DNA of 64,000 bases from the NCBI GenBank assembly GCA_004431415.1, contig QPMI01000133.1, positions 248,001 to 312,000 of the forward strand. Reading direction: 5' to 3'. This document shows positions 34,201 to 46,200 of the stretch, piece after piece. The position numbers and the translations under genes were made by a program. Origin of the DNA: Cyanophora paradoxa CCMP329 (taxonomy: Eukaryota; Plantae; Glaucophyta). Under the pieces are notes generated by a model that did not search any database, had not been told where the DNA came from, and was given only the letters and a program-made list of their open reading frames with translations. Numbering within the stretch: position 1 is the first letter of the stretch; each line of letters begins with the position of its first letter.

Positions 34201-37200
34201 GCGGCGGAGGAGCCCGAGGTGCCGGCGCTGTTCGTGACGTTCGCGCTGCAGCTGTACTCCGTGCTGGCCGAGAGGCCCGCAAGGTCGAAGGTCGCCGTCG
34301 TGGCGCCCGCCGAGACGGTTGCGGAGCCCGACCACGCGACGGCGCCGCCGCTCGTGCAGCTGGCCGCGGCGCCGGAGATCGCAGCGCCCCCGTCCGAGCC
34401 GAAGGTCACCGTCAGGGTCGCGGAGTCGTGGGTGACGCTGCTGGCGGCGACGGTTGGGGCCGCAGGAGCGGTGGCGACGACGGGGGCGGCGGCGGTCGTG
34501 AAGCTTGCGGCGGCGGAGGAGCCCGAGGTGCCGGCGCTGTTCGTGACGTTCGCGCTGCAGCTGTACTCCGTGCTGGCCGAGAGGCCCGCGAGGTCGAAGG
34601 TCGCCGTCGTGGCGCCCGCCGAGACGGTTGCGGAGCCCGACCACGCGACGGCGCCGCCGCTCGTGCAGCTGGCCGCGGCGCCGGAGATCGCAGCGCCCCC
34701 GTCCAAGCCGAAGGTCACCGTCAGGGTCGCGGAGTCGTGGGTGACGCTGCTGGCGGCGACGGTTGGGGCCGCCGGAGCGGTGGCGACGACGGGGGCGGCG
34801 GCGGTCGTGAAGCTTGCGGCGGCGGAGGAGCCCGAGGTGCCGGCGCTGTTCGTGACGTTCGCGCTGCAGCTGTACTCCGTGCTGGCCGAGAGGCCCGCGA
34901 GGTCGAAGGTCGCCGTCGTGGCGCCCGCCGAGACGGTTGCGGAGCCCGACCACGCGACGGCGCCGCCGCTCGTGCAGCTGGCCGCGGCGCCGGAGATCGC
35001 AGCGCCCCCGTCCGAGCCGAAGGTCACCGTCAGGGTCGCGGAGTCGTGGGTGACGCTGCTGGCGGCGACGGTCGGGGCCGCCGGAGCGGTGGCGACGACG
35101 GGGGCGGCGGCGGTCGTGAAGCTTGCGGCGGCGGAGGAGCCCGAGGTGCCGGCGCTGTTCGTGACGTTCGCGCTGCAGCTGTACTCCGTGCTGGCCGAGA
35201 GGCCCGCGAGGTCGAAGGTCGCCGTCGTGGCGCCCGCCGAGACGGTTGCGGAGCCCGACCACGCGACGGCGCCGCCGCTCGTGCAGCTGGCCGCGGCGCC
35301 GGAGATCGCAGCGCCCCCGTCCGAGCCGAAGGTCACCGTCAGGGTCGCGGAGTCGTGGGTGACGCTGCTGGCGGCGACGGTCGGGGCCGCCGGGGCGGTG
35401 GCGACGACGGGGGCGGCGGCGGTCGTGAAGCTTGCGGCGGCGGAGGAGCCCGAGGTGCCGGCGCTGTTCGTGACGTTCGCGCTGCAGCTGTACTCCGTGC
35501 TGGCCGAGAGGCCCGCGAGGTCGAAGGTCGCCGTCGTGGCGCCCGCCGAGACGGTTGCGGAGCCCGACCACGCGACGGCGCCGCCGCTCGTGCAGCTGGC
35601 CGCGGCGCCGGAGATCGCAGCGCCCCCGTCCGAGCCGAAGGTCACCGTCAGGGTCGCGGAGTCGTGGGTGACGCTGCTGGCGGCGACGGTCGGGGCCGCC
35701 GGGGCGGTGGCGACGACGGGGCGGCGGCGGTCGTGAAGCTTGCGGCGGCGGAGGAGCCCGAGGTGCCGGCGCTGTTCGTGACGTTCGCGCTGCAGCTGTA
35801 CTCCGTGCTGGCCGAGAGGCCCGCGAGGTCGAAGGTCGCCGTCGTGGCGCCCGCCGAGACGGTTGCGGAGCCCGACCACGCGACGGCGCCGCCGCTCGTG
35901 CAGCTGGCCGCGGCGCCGGAGATCGCAGCGCCCCCGTCCGAGCCGAAGGTCACCGTCAGGGTCGCGGAGTCGTGGGTGACGCTGCTGGCGGCGACGGTCG
36001 GGCCGCCGGGGCGGTGGATGTGGTCGTAAAGCTTGCGGCGGCGGAGGAGCCCGAGGTGCCGGCGCTGTTGGTGACGTTCGCGCTGCAGCTGTACTCCGTG
36101 CTGGCCGAGAGGCCCGCGAGGTCGAAGGTCGCCGTCGTGGCGCCCGCCGAGACGGTTGCGGAGCCCGACCACGCGACGGCGCCGCCGCTCGTGCAGCTGG
36201 CCGCGGCGCCGGAGATCGCAGCGCCCCCGTCCGAGCCGAAGGTCACCGTCAGGGTCGCGGAGTCGTGGGTGACGCTGCTGGCGGCGACGGTTGGGGCCGC
36301 CGGGGCGTTGGCGACGACGGGGGCGGCGGCGGTCGTGAAGCTTGCGGCGGCGGAGGAGCTTGAGGTGCCGGCGCTGTTGGTGACGTTCGCGCTGCAGCTG
36401 TACTCCGTGCTGGCCGAGAGGCCCGCGAGGTCGAAGGTCGCCGTCGTGGCGCCCGCCGAGACGGTTGCGGAGCCCGACCACGCGACGGCGCCGCCGCTCG
36501 TGCAGCTGGCCGCGGCGCCGGAGATCGCAGCGCCCCCGTCCGAGCCGAAGGTCACCGTCAGGGTCGCGGAGTCGTGGGTGACGCTGCTGGCGGCGACGGT
36601 CGGGGCCGCCGGGGCGGTGGCGACGACGGGGGCGGCGGCGGTCGTGAAGCTTGCGGCGGCGGAGGAGCTTGAGGTGCCGGCGCTGTTCGTGACGTTCGCG
36701 CTGCAGCTGTACTCCGTGCTGGCCGAGAGGCCCGCGAGGTCGAAGGTCGCCGTCGTGGCGCCCGCCGAGACGGTTGCGGAGCCCGACCACGCGACGGCGC
36801 CGCCGCTCGTGCAGCTGGCCGCGGCGCCGGAGATCGCAGCGCCCCCTTCCGAGCCGAAGGTCACCGTCAGGGTCGCGGAGTCGTGGGTGACGCTGCTGGC
36901 GGCGACGGTCGGGGCCGCCGGGCGGTGGCGACGACGGGGGCGGCGGCGGTCGTGAAGCTTGCGGCGGCGGAGGAGCCCGAGGTGCCGGCGCTGTTCGTGA
37001 CGTTCGCGCTGCAGCTGTACTCCGTGCTGGCCGAGAGGCCCGCGAGGTCGAAGGTCGCCGTCGTGGCGCCCGCCGAGACGGTTGCGGAGCCGACCACGCG
37101 ACGGCGCCGCCACTCGTGCAGCTGGCCGCGGCGCCGGAGATCGCAGCGCCCCGTCCGAGCCGAAGGTCACCGTCAGGGTCGCGGAGTCGTGGGTGACGCT

Positions 37201-40200
37201 GCTGGCGGCGACGGTTGGGGCCGCCGGAGCGGTGGCGACGACGGGGCGGCGGCGGTCGTGAAGCTTGCGGCGGCGGAGGAGCCCGAGGTGCCGGCGCTGT
37301 TCGTGACGTTCGCGCTGCAGCTGTACTCCGTGCTGGCCGAGAGGCCCGCGAGGTCGAAGGTCGCCGTCGTGGCGCCCGCCGAGACGGTTGCGGAGCCCGA
37401 CCACGCGACGGCGCCGCCGCTCGTGCAGCTGGCCGCGGCGCCGGAGATCGCAGCGCCCCCGTCCGAGCCGAAGGTCACCGTCAGGGTCGCGGAGTCGTGG
37501 GTGACGCTGCTGGCGGCGACGGTCGGGGCCGCCGGGGCGGTGGATGTGGTCGTAAAGCTTGCGGCGGCGGAGGAGCCCGAGGTGCCGGCGCTGTTGGTGA
37601 CGTTCGCGCTGCAGCTGTACTCCGTGCTGGCCGAGAGGCCCGCGAGGTCGAAGGTCGCCGTCGTGGCGCCCGCCGAGACGGTTGCGGAGCCCGACCACGC
37701 GACGGCGCCGCCGCTCGTGCAGCTGGCCGCGGCGCCGGAGATCGCAGCGCCCCCGTCCGAGCCGAAGGTCACCGTCAGGGTCGCGGAGTCGTGGGTGACG
37801 CTGCTGGCGGCGACGGTTGGGGCCGCCGGGGCGTTGGCGACGACGGGGGCGGCGGCGGTCGTGAAGCTTGCGGCGGCGGAGGAGCTTGAGGTGCCGGCGC
37901 TGTTCGTGACGTTCGCGCTGCAGCTGTACTCCGTGCTGGCCGAGAGGCCCGCGAGGTCGAAGGTCGCCGTCGTGGCGCCCGCCGAGACGGTTGCGGAGCC
38001 CGACCACGCGACGGCGCCGCCGCTCGTGCAGCTGGCCGCGGCGCCGGAGATCGCAGCGCCCCCGTCCGAGCCGAAGGTCACCGTCAGGGTCGCGGAGTCG
38101 TGGGTGACGCTGCTGGCGGCGACGGTCGGGGCCGCCGGGGCGGTGGCGACGACGGGGGCGGCGGCGGTCGTGAAGCTTGCGGCGGCGGAGGAGCTTGAGG
38201 TGCCGGCGCTGTTCGTGACGTTCGCGCTGCAGCTGTACTCCGTGCTGGCCGAGAGGCCCGCGAGGTCGAAGGTCGCCGTCGTGGCGCCCGCCGAGACGGT
38301 TGCGGAGCCCGACCACGCGACGGCGCCGCCGCTCGTGCAGCTGGCCGCGGCGCCGGAGATCGCAGCGCCCCCGTCCGAGCCGAAGGTCACCGTCAGGGTC
38401 GCGGAGTCGTGGGTGACGCTGCTGGCGGCGACGGTTGGGGCCGCCGGGGCGTTGGCGACGACGGGGGCGGCGGCGGTCGTGAAGCTTGCGGCGGCGGAGG
38501 AGCTTGAGGTGCCGGCGCTGTTGGTGACGTTCGCGCTGCAGCTGTACTCCGTGCTGGCCGAGAGGCCCGCGAGGTCGAAGGTCGCCGTCGTGGCGCCCGC
38601 CGAGACGGTTGCGGAGCCCGACCACGCGACGGCGCCGCCGCTCGTGCAGCTGGCCGCGGCGCCGGAGATCGCAGCGCCCCCGTCCGAGCCGAAGGTCACC
38701 GTCAGGGTCGCGGAGTCGTGGGTGACGCTGCTGGCGGCGACGGTCGGGGCCGCCGGGGCGGTGGCGACGACGGGGGCGGCGGCGGTCGTGAAGCTTGCGG
38801 CGGCGGAGGAGCTTGAGGTGCCGGCGCTGTTCGTGACGTTCGCGCTGCAGCTGTACTCCGTGCTGGCCGAGAGGCCCGCGAGGTCGAAGGTCGCCGTCGT
38901 GGCGCCCGCCGAGACGGTTGCGGAGCCCGACCACGCGACGGCGCCGCCGCTCGTGCAGCTGGCCGCGGCGCCGGAGATCGCAGCGCCCCCTTCCGAGCCG
39001 AAGGTCACCGTCAGGGTCGCGGAGTCGTGGGTGACGCTGCTGGCGGCGACGGTCGGGGCCGCCGGGGCGGTGGCGACGACGGGGGCGGCGGCGGTCGTGA
39101 AGCTTGCGGCGGCGGAGGAGCCCGAGGTGCCGGCGCTGTTCGTGACGTTCGCGCTGCAGCTGTACTCCGTGCTGGCCGAGAGGCCCGCGAGGTCGAAGGT
39201 CGCCGTCGTGGCGCCCGCCGAGACGGTTGCGGAGCCCGACCACGCGACGGCGCCGCCACTCGTGCAGCTGGCCGCGGCGCCGGAGATCGCAGCGCCCCCG
39301 TCCGAGCCGAAGGTCACCGTCAGGGTCGCGGAGTCGTGGGTGACGCTGCTGGCGGCGACGGTTGGGGCCGCCGGAGCGGTGGCGACGACGGGGGCGGCGG
39401 CGGTCGTGAAGCTTGCGGCGGCGGAGGAGCCCGAGGTGCCGGCGCTGTTCGTGACGTTCGCGCTGCAGCTGTACTCCGTGCTGGCCGAGAGGCCCGCGAG
39501 GTCGAAGGTCGCCGTCGTGGCGCCCGCCGAGACGGTTGCGGAGCCCGACCACGCGACGGCGCCGCCGCTCGTGCAGCTGGCCGCGGCGCCGGAGATCGCA
39601 GCGCCCCCGTCCGAGCCGAAGGTCACCGTCAGGGTCGCGGAGTCGTGGTGACGCTGCTGGCGGCGACGGTCGGGGCCGCCGGGGCGGTGGATGTGGTCGT
39701 AAGCTTGCGGCGGCGGAGGAGCCCGAGGTGCCGGCGCTGTTGTGACGTTCGCGCTGCAGCTGTACTCCGTGCTGGCCGAGAGGCCCGCGAGGTCGAAGGT
39801 CGCCGTCGTGGCGCCCGCCGAGACGGTTGCGGAGCCCGACCACGCGACGGCGCCGCCGCTCGTGCAGCTGGCCGCGGCGCCGGAGATCGCAGCGCCCCGT
39901 CCGAGCCGAAGGTCACGTCAGGGTCGCGGAGTCGTGGGTGACGCTGCTGGCGCGACGGTGGGCGCCGGGCGTGGGACGAGGGGGCGGCGGTCGTGAAGCT
40001 TGCGGCGGCGGAGGAGCGAGGTGCCGGCGCTGTTGTGACGTTCGCGCTGCAGCTGTACTCCGTGCTGGCCGAGAGGCCCGCGAGTCGAAGGTCGCCGTCG
40101 TGGCGCCCGCCGAGACGGTTGCGGAGCCCGACCACGCGACGGCGCCGCCGCTCGTGCAGCTGGCCGCGGCGCCGGAGATCGCAGCGCCCCGTCCGAGCCG

Positions 40201-43200
40201 AAGTCACCGTCAGGGTCGCGGAGTCGTGGGTGACGCTGCTGGCGGCGACGGTCGGGGCCGCCGGGCGTGGCGACGACGGGGGCGGCGGCGGTCGTGAAGC
40301 TTGCGGCGGCGGAGGAGCTTGAGGTGCCGGCGCTGTTCGTGACGTTCGCGCTGCAGCTGTACTCCGTGCTGGCCGAGAGGCCCGCGAGGTCGAAGGTCGC
40401 CGTCGTGGCGCCCGCCGAGACGGTTGCGGAGCCCGACCACGCGACGGCGCCGCCGCTCGTGCAGCTGGCCGCGGCGCCGGAGATCGCAGCGCCCCCGTCC
40501 GAGCCGAAGGTCACCGTCAGGGTCGCGGAGTCGTGGGTGACGCTGCTGGCGGCGACGGTCGGGGCCGCCGGGGCGGTGGCGACGACGGGGCGGCGGCGGT
40601 CGTGAAGCTTGCGGCGGCGGAGGAGCTGAGGTGCCGGCGCTGTTCGTGACGTTCGCGCTGCAGCTGTACTCCGTGCTGGCCGAGAGGCCCGCGAGGTCGA
40701 AGGTCGCCGTCGTGGCGCCCGCCGAGACGGTTGCGGAGCCCGACCACGCGACGGCGCCGCCGCTCGTGCAGCTGGCCGCGGCGCCGGAGATCGCAGCGCC
40801 CCCGTCCGAGCCGAAGGTCACCGTCAGGGTCGCGGAGTCGTGGGTGACGCTGCTGGCGGCGACGGTCGGGCCGCCGGGGCGGTGGCGACGACGGGGGCGG
40901 CGGCGGTCGTGAAGCTTGCGGCGGCGGAGGAGCCCGAGGTGCCGGCGCTGTTCGTGACGTTCGCGCTGCAGCTGTACTCCGTGCTGGCCGAGAGGCCCGC
41001 GAGGTCGAAGGTCGCCGTCGTGGCGCCCGCCGAGACGGTTGCGGAGCCCGACCACGCGACGGCGCCGCCGCTCGTGCAGCTGGCCGCGGCGCCGGAGATC
41101 GCAGCGCCCCCGTCCGAGCCGAAGGTCACCGTCAGGGTCGCGGAGTCGTGGGTGACGCTGCTGGCGGCGACGGTCGGGGCCGCCGGGGCGGTGGCGACGA
41201 CGGGGGCGGCGGCGGTCGTGAAGCTTGCGGCGGCGGAGGAGCCGAGGTGCCGGCGCTGTTCGTGACGTTCGCGCTGCAGCTGTACTCCGTGCTGGCCGAG
41301 AGGCCCGCGAGTCGAAGGTCGCCGTCGTGGCGCCCGCCGAGACGGTTGCGGAGCCCGACCACGCGACGGCGCCGCCGCTCGTGCAGCTGGCCGCGGCGCC
41401 GGAGATCGCAGCGCCCCGTCCGAGCCGAAGGTCACCGTCAGGGTCGCGGAGTCGTGGGTGACGCTGCTGGCGGCGACGGTCGGGGCCGCCGGGGCGGTGG
41501 CGACGACGGGGCGGTGGCGGTCGTGAAGCTTGCGGCGGCGGAGGAGCTGAGGTGCCGGCGCTGTTCGTGACGTTCGCGCTGCAGCTGTACTCCGTGCTGG
41601 CCGAGAGGCCCGCGAGGTCGAAGGTCGCCGTCGTGGCGCCCGCCGAGACGGTTGCGGAGCCCGACCACGCGACGGCGCCGCCGCTCGTGCAGCTGGCCGC
41701 GGCGCCGGAGATCGCAGCGCCCCGTCCGAGCCGAAGGTCACCGTCAGGGTCGCGGAGTCGTGGGTGACGCTGCTGGCGGCGACGGTCGGGCCGCCGGGGC
41801 GGTGGCGACGACGGGGCGGCGGCGGTCGTGAAGCTTGCGGCGGCGGAGGGCCCGAGGTGCCGGCGCTGTTCGTGACGTTCGCGCTGCAGCTGTACTCCGT
41901 GCTGGCCGAGAGGCCCGCGAGGTCAAGGTCGCCGTCGTGGCGCCCGCCGAGACGTTGCGGAGCCCGACCACGCGACGGCGCCGCCGCTCGTGCAGCTGGC
42001 CGCGGCGCCGGAGATCGCAGCGCCCCCGTCCGAGCCGAAGGTCACCGTCAGGGTCGCGGAGTCGTGGGTGACGCTGCTGGCGGCGACGGTCGGGGCCGCC
42101 GGGGCGGTGGCGACGACGGGGCGGCGGCGGTCGTGAAGCTTGCGGCGGCGGAGGAGCCGAGGTGCCGGCGCTGTTCGTGACGTTCGCGCTGCAGCTGTAC
42201 TCCGTGCTGGCCGAGAGGCCCGCGAGGTCGAAGGTCGCCGTCGTGGCGCCCGCCGAGACGGTTGCGGAGCCCGACCACGCGACGGCGCCGCCGCTCGTGC
42301 AGCTGGCCGCGGCGCCGGAGATCGCAGCGCCCCGTCCGAGCCGAAGGTCACCGTCAGGGTCGCGGAGTCGTGGGTGACGCTGCTGGCGGCGACGGTCGGG
42401 CCGCCGGGGCGGTGGCGACGACGGGGGCGGCGGCGGTCGTGAAGCTTGCGGCGGCGAGGAGCTGAGGTGCCGGCGCTGTTCGTGACGTTCGCGCTGCAGC
42501 TGTACTCCGTGCTGGCCGAGAGGCCCGCGAGGTCGAAGGTCGCCGTCGTGGCGCCCGCCGAGACGGTTGCGGAGCCCGACCACGCGACGGCGCCGCCGCT
42601 CGTGCAGCTGGCCGCGGCGCCGGAGATCGCAGCGCCCCCGTCCGAGCCGAAGGTCACCGTCAGGGTCGCGGAGTCGTGGGTGACGCTGCTGGCGGCGACG
42701 GTCGGGGCCGCCGGGGCGGTGGCGACGACGGGGGCGGCGGCGGTCGTGAAGCTTGCGGCGGCGGAGGAGCCCGAGGTGCCGGCGCTGTTCGTGACGTTCG
42801 CGCTGCAGCTGTACTCCGTGCTGGCCGAGAGGCCCGCGAGGTCGAAGGTCGCCGTCGTGGCGCCCGCCGAGACGGTTGCGGAGCCCGACCACGCGACGGC
42901 GCCGCCGCTCGTGCAGCTGGCCGCGGCGCCGGAGATCGCAGCGCCCCGTCCGAGCCGAAGGTCACCGTCAGGGTCGCGGAGTCGTGGGTGACGCTGCTGG
43001 CGGCGACGGTCGGGGCCGCCGGGGCGGTGGCGACGACGGGGGCGGCGGCGGTCGTGAAGCTTGCGGCGGCGGAGGAGCCCGAGGTGCCGGCGCTGTTGGT
43101 GACGTTCGCGCTGCAGCTGTACTCCGTGCTGGCCGAGAGGCCCGCGAGGTCGAAGGTCGCCGTCGTGGCGCCCGCCGAGACGGTTGCGGAGCCCGACCAC

Positions 43201-46200
43201 GCGACGGCGCCGCCGCTCGTGCAGCTGGCCGCGGCGCCGGAGATCGCAGCGCCCCGTCCGAGCCGAAGGTCACCGTCAGGGTCGCGGAGTCGTGGGTGAC
43301 GCTGCTGGCGGCGACGGTCAGGGCTGCCGGGGCGGTGGCGACGACGGGGGCGGCGGCGGTCGTGAAGCTTGCGGCGGCGGAGGAGCCCGAGGTGCCGGCG
43401 CTGTTCGTGACGTTCGCGCTGCAGCTGTACTCCGTGCTGGCCGAGAGGCCCGCGAGGTCGAAGGTCGCCGTCGTGGCGCCCGCCGAGACGGTTGCGGAGC
43501 CCGACCACGCGACGGCGCCGCCGCTCGTGCAGCTGGCCGCGGCGCCGGAGATCGCAGCGCCCCCGTCCGAGCCAAAGGTCACCGTCAGGGTCGCGGAGTC
43601 GTGGGTGACGCTGCTGGCGGCGACGGTCGGGGCCGCCGGGGCGGTGGCGACGACGGGGGCGGCGGCGGTCGTGAAGCTTGCGGCGGCGGAGGAGCCCGAG
43701 GTGCCGGCGCTGTTGGTGACGTTCGCGCTGCAGCTGTACTCCGTGCTGGCCGAGAGGCCGCGAGGTCGAAGGTCGCCGTCGTGGCGCCCGCCGAGACGGT
43801 TGCGGAGCCCGACCACGCGACGGCGCCGCCGCTCGTGCAGCTGGCCGCGGCGCCGGAGATCGCAGCGCCCCTCCGAGCCGAAGGTCACCGTCAGGGTCGC
43901 GGAGTCGTGGGTGACGCTGCTGGCGGCGACGGTCGGGCGCCGGGCGGGCGACGACGGGGGCGGCGGCGGTCGTGAAGCTTGCGGCGGCGGAGGAGCTTGA
44001 GGTGCCGGCGCTGTTCGTGACGTTTGCGCCGCAGCTGTACTCCGTGCTGGCCGAGAGGCCCGTGAGGTTGAAGGTCGCCGTCGTGGCGCCCGCCGAGACG
44101 GTTGCAGAGCCCGACCACGCAAAGGCGCTGCCACTCGTGCAGCTGGCCGCGGCGCCGGAGATCGCAGCGCCCCCGTCCGAGCCGAAGGTCACCGTCAGGG
44201 TCGCGGAGTCGTGGGTGACGCTGCTGGCGGCGACGGTCAGGGCTGCCGGGGCGGTGGCGACGACGGGGGCGGCGGCGGTCGTGAAGCTTGCGGCGGCGGA
44301 GGAGCCCGAGGTGCCGGCGCTGTTGGTGACGTTCGCGCTGCAGCTGTACTCCGTGCTGGCCGAGAGGCCCGCGAGGTCGAAGGTCGCCGTCGTGGCGCCC
44401 GCCGAGACGGTTGCGGAGCCCGACCACGCGACGGCGCCGCCGCTCGTGCAGCTGGCCGCGGCGCCGGAGATCGCAGCGCCCCCGTCCGAGCCAGAGGTCA
44501 CCGTCAGGGTCGCGGAGTCGTGGGTGACGCTGCTGGCGGCGACGGTCGGGGCCGCCGGGGCGGTGGATGTGGTCGTGAAGCTTGCGGCGGCCGAGGAGCT
44601 TGAGGTGCCGGCGCTGTTCGTGACGTTTGCGCTGCAGCTGTACTCCGTGCTGGCCGAGAGGCCCGTGAGGTTGAAGGTCGCCGTCGTGGCGCCCGCCGAG
44701 ACGGTTGCAGAGCCCGACCACGCAACGGCACCGCCGCTCGTGCAGCTGGCCGCGGCGCCGGAGATCGCAGCGCCCCCGTCCGAGCCGAAGGTCACCGTCA
44801 GGGTCGCGGAGTCGTGGGTGACGCTGCTGGCGGCGACGGTCGGGGCCGCCGGGGCGGTGGATGTGGTCGTGAAGCTTGCGGCGGCGGAGGAGCCCGAGGT
44901 GCCGGCGCTGTTCGTGACGTTCGCGCTGCAGCTGTACTCCGTGCTGGCCGAGAGGCCCGCGAGGTTGAAGGTCGCCGTCGTGGCGCCCACCGAGACGGTT
45001 GCGGAGCCCGACCACGCGACGGCGCCGCCGCTCGTGCAGCTGGCCGCGGCGCCGGAGATCGCAGCGCCCCCGTCCGAGCCGAAGGTCACCGTCAGGGTCG
45101 CGGAGTCGTGGGTGACGCTGCTGGCGGCGACGGTCGGGGCCGCCGGGGCCGTGGATGTGGTCGTGAAGCTTGCGGCGGCGGAGGAGCCCGAGGTGCCGGC
45201 GCTGTTCGTGACGTTTGCGCTGCAGCTGTACTCCGTGCTGGCCGAGAGGCCCGCGAGGTTGAAGGTCGCCGTCGTGGCGCCCGCCGAGACGGTTGCAGAG
45301 CCCGACCACGCAACGGCACCGCCGCTCGTGCAGCTGGCCGCGGCGCCGGAGATCGCAGCGCCCCCGTCCGAGCCGAAGGTCACCGTCAGGGTCGCGGAGT
45401 CGTGGGTGACGCTGCTGGCGGCGACGGTCGGGGCTGCCGGGGCGGTGGCGACGACGGGGGCGGCGGCGGTCGTGAAGCTTGCGGCGGCGGAGGAGCTTGA
45501 GGTGCCGGCGCTGTTCGTGACGTTCGCGCTGCAGCTGTACTCCGTGCTGGCCGAGAGGCCCGCGAGGTCGAAGGTCGCCGTCGTGGCGCCCGCCGAGACG
45601 GTTGCGGAGCCCGACCACGCGACGGCGCCGCCGCTCGTGCAGCTGGCCGCGGCGCCGGAGATCGCAGCGCCCCCGTCCGAGCCGAAGGTCACCGTCAGGG
45701 TCGCGGAGTCGTGGGTGACGCTGCTGGCGGCGACGGTCGGGGCCGCCGGGGCCGTGGATGTGGTCGTGAAGCTTGCGGCGGCGGAGGAGCCCGAGGTGCC
45801 GGCGCTGTTCGTGACGTTTGCGCTGCAGCTGTACTCCGTGCTGGCCGAGAGGCCCGCGAGGTTGAAGGTCGCCGTCGTGGCGCCCGCCGAGACGGTTGCA
45901 GAGCCCGACCACGCAACGGCACCGCCGCTCGTGCAGCTGGCCGCGGCGCCGGAGATCGCAGCGCCCCGTCCGAGCGAAGTCACCGTCAGGTCGCGGATCG
46001 TGGGTGACGCTGCTGCGCGACGGTCGGGCCGCCGGGCGTGATGTGGTCGTGAAGCTTGCGGCGGGAGGAGCCGAGGTGCGGCGCTGTTCGTGACGTTCGC
46101 GCTGCAGCTGTACTCCGTGCTGGCCGAGAGCCCGCGAGGTTGAAGGTCGCCGTCGTGGCGCCACCGAGACGGTTGCGGAGCCGACACGCGACGCGCCGCC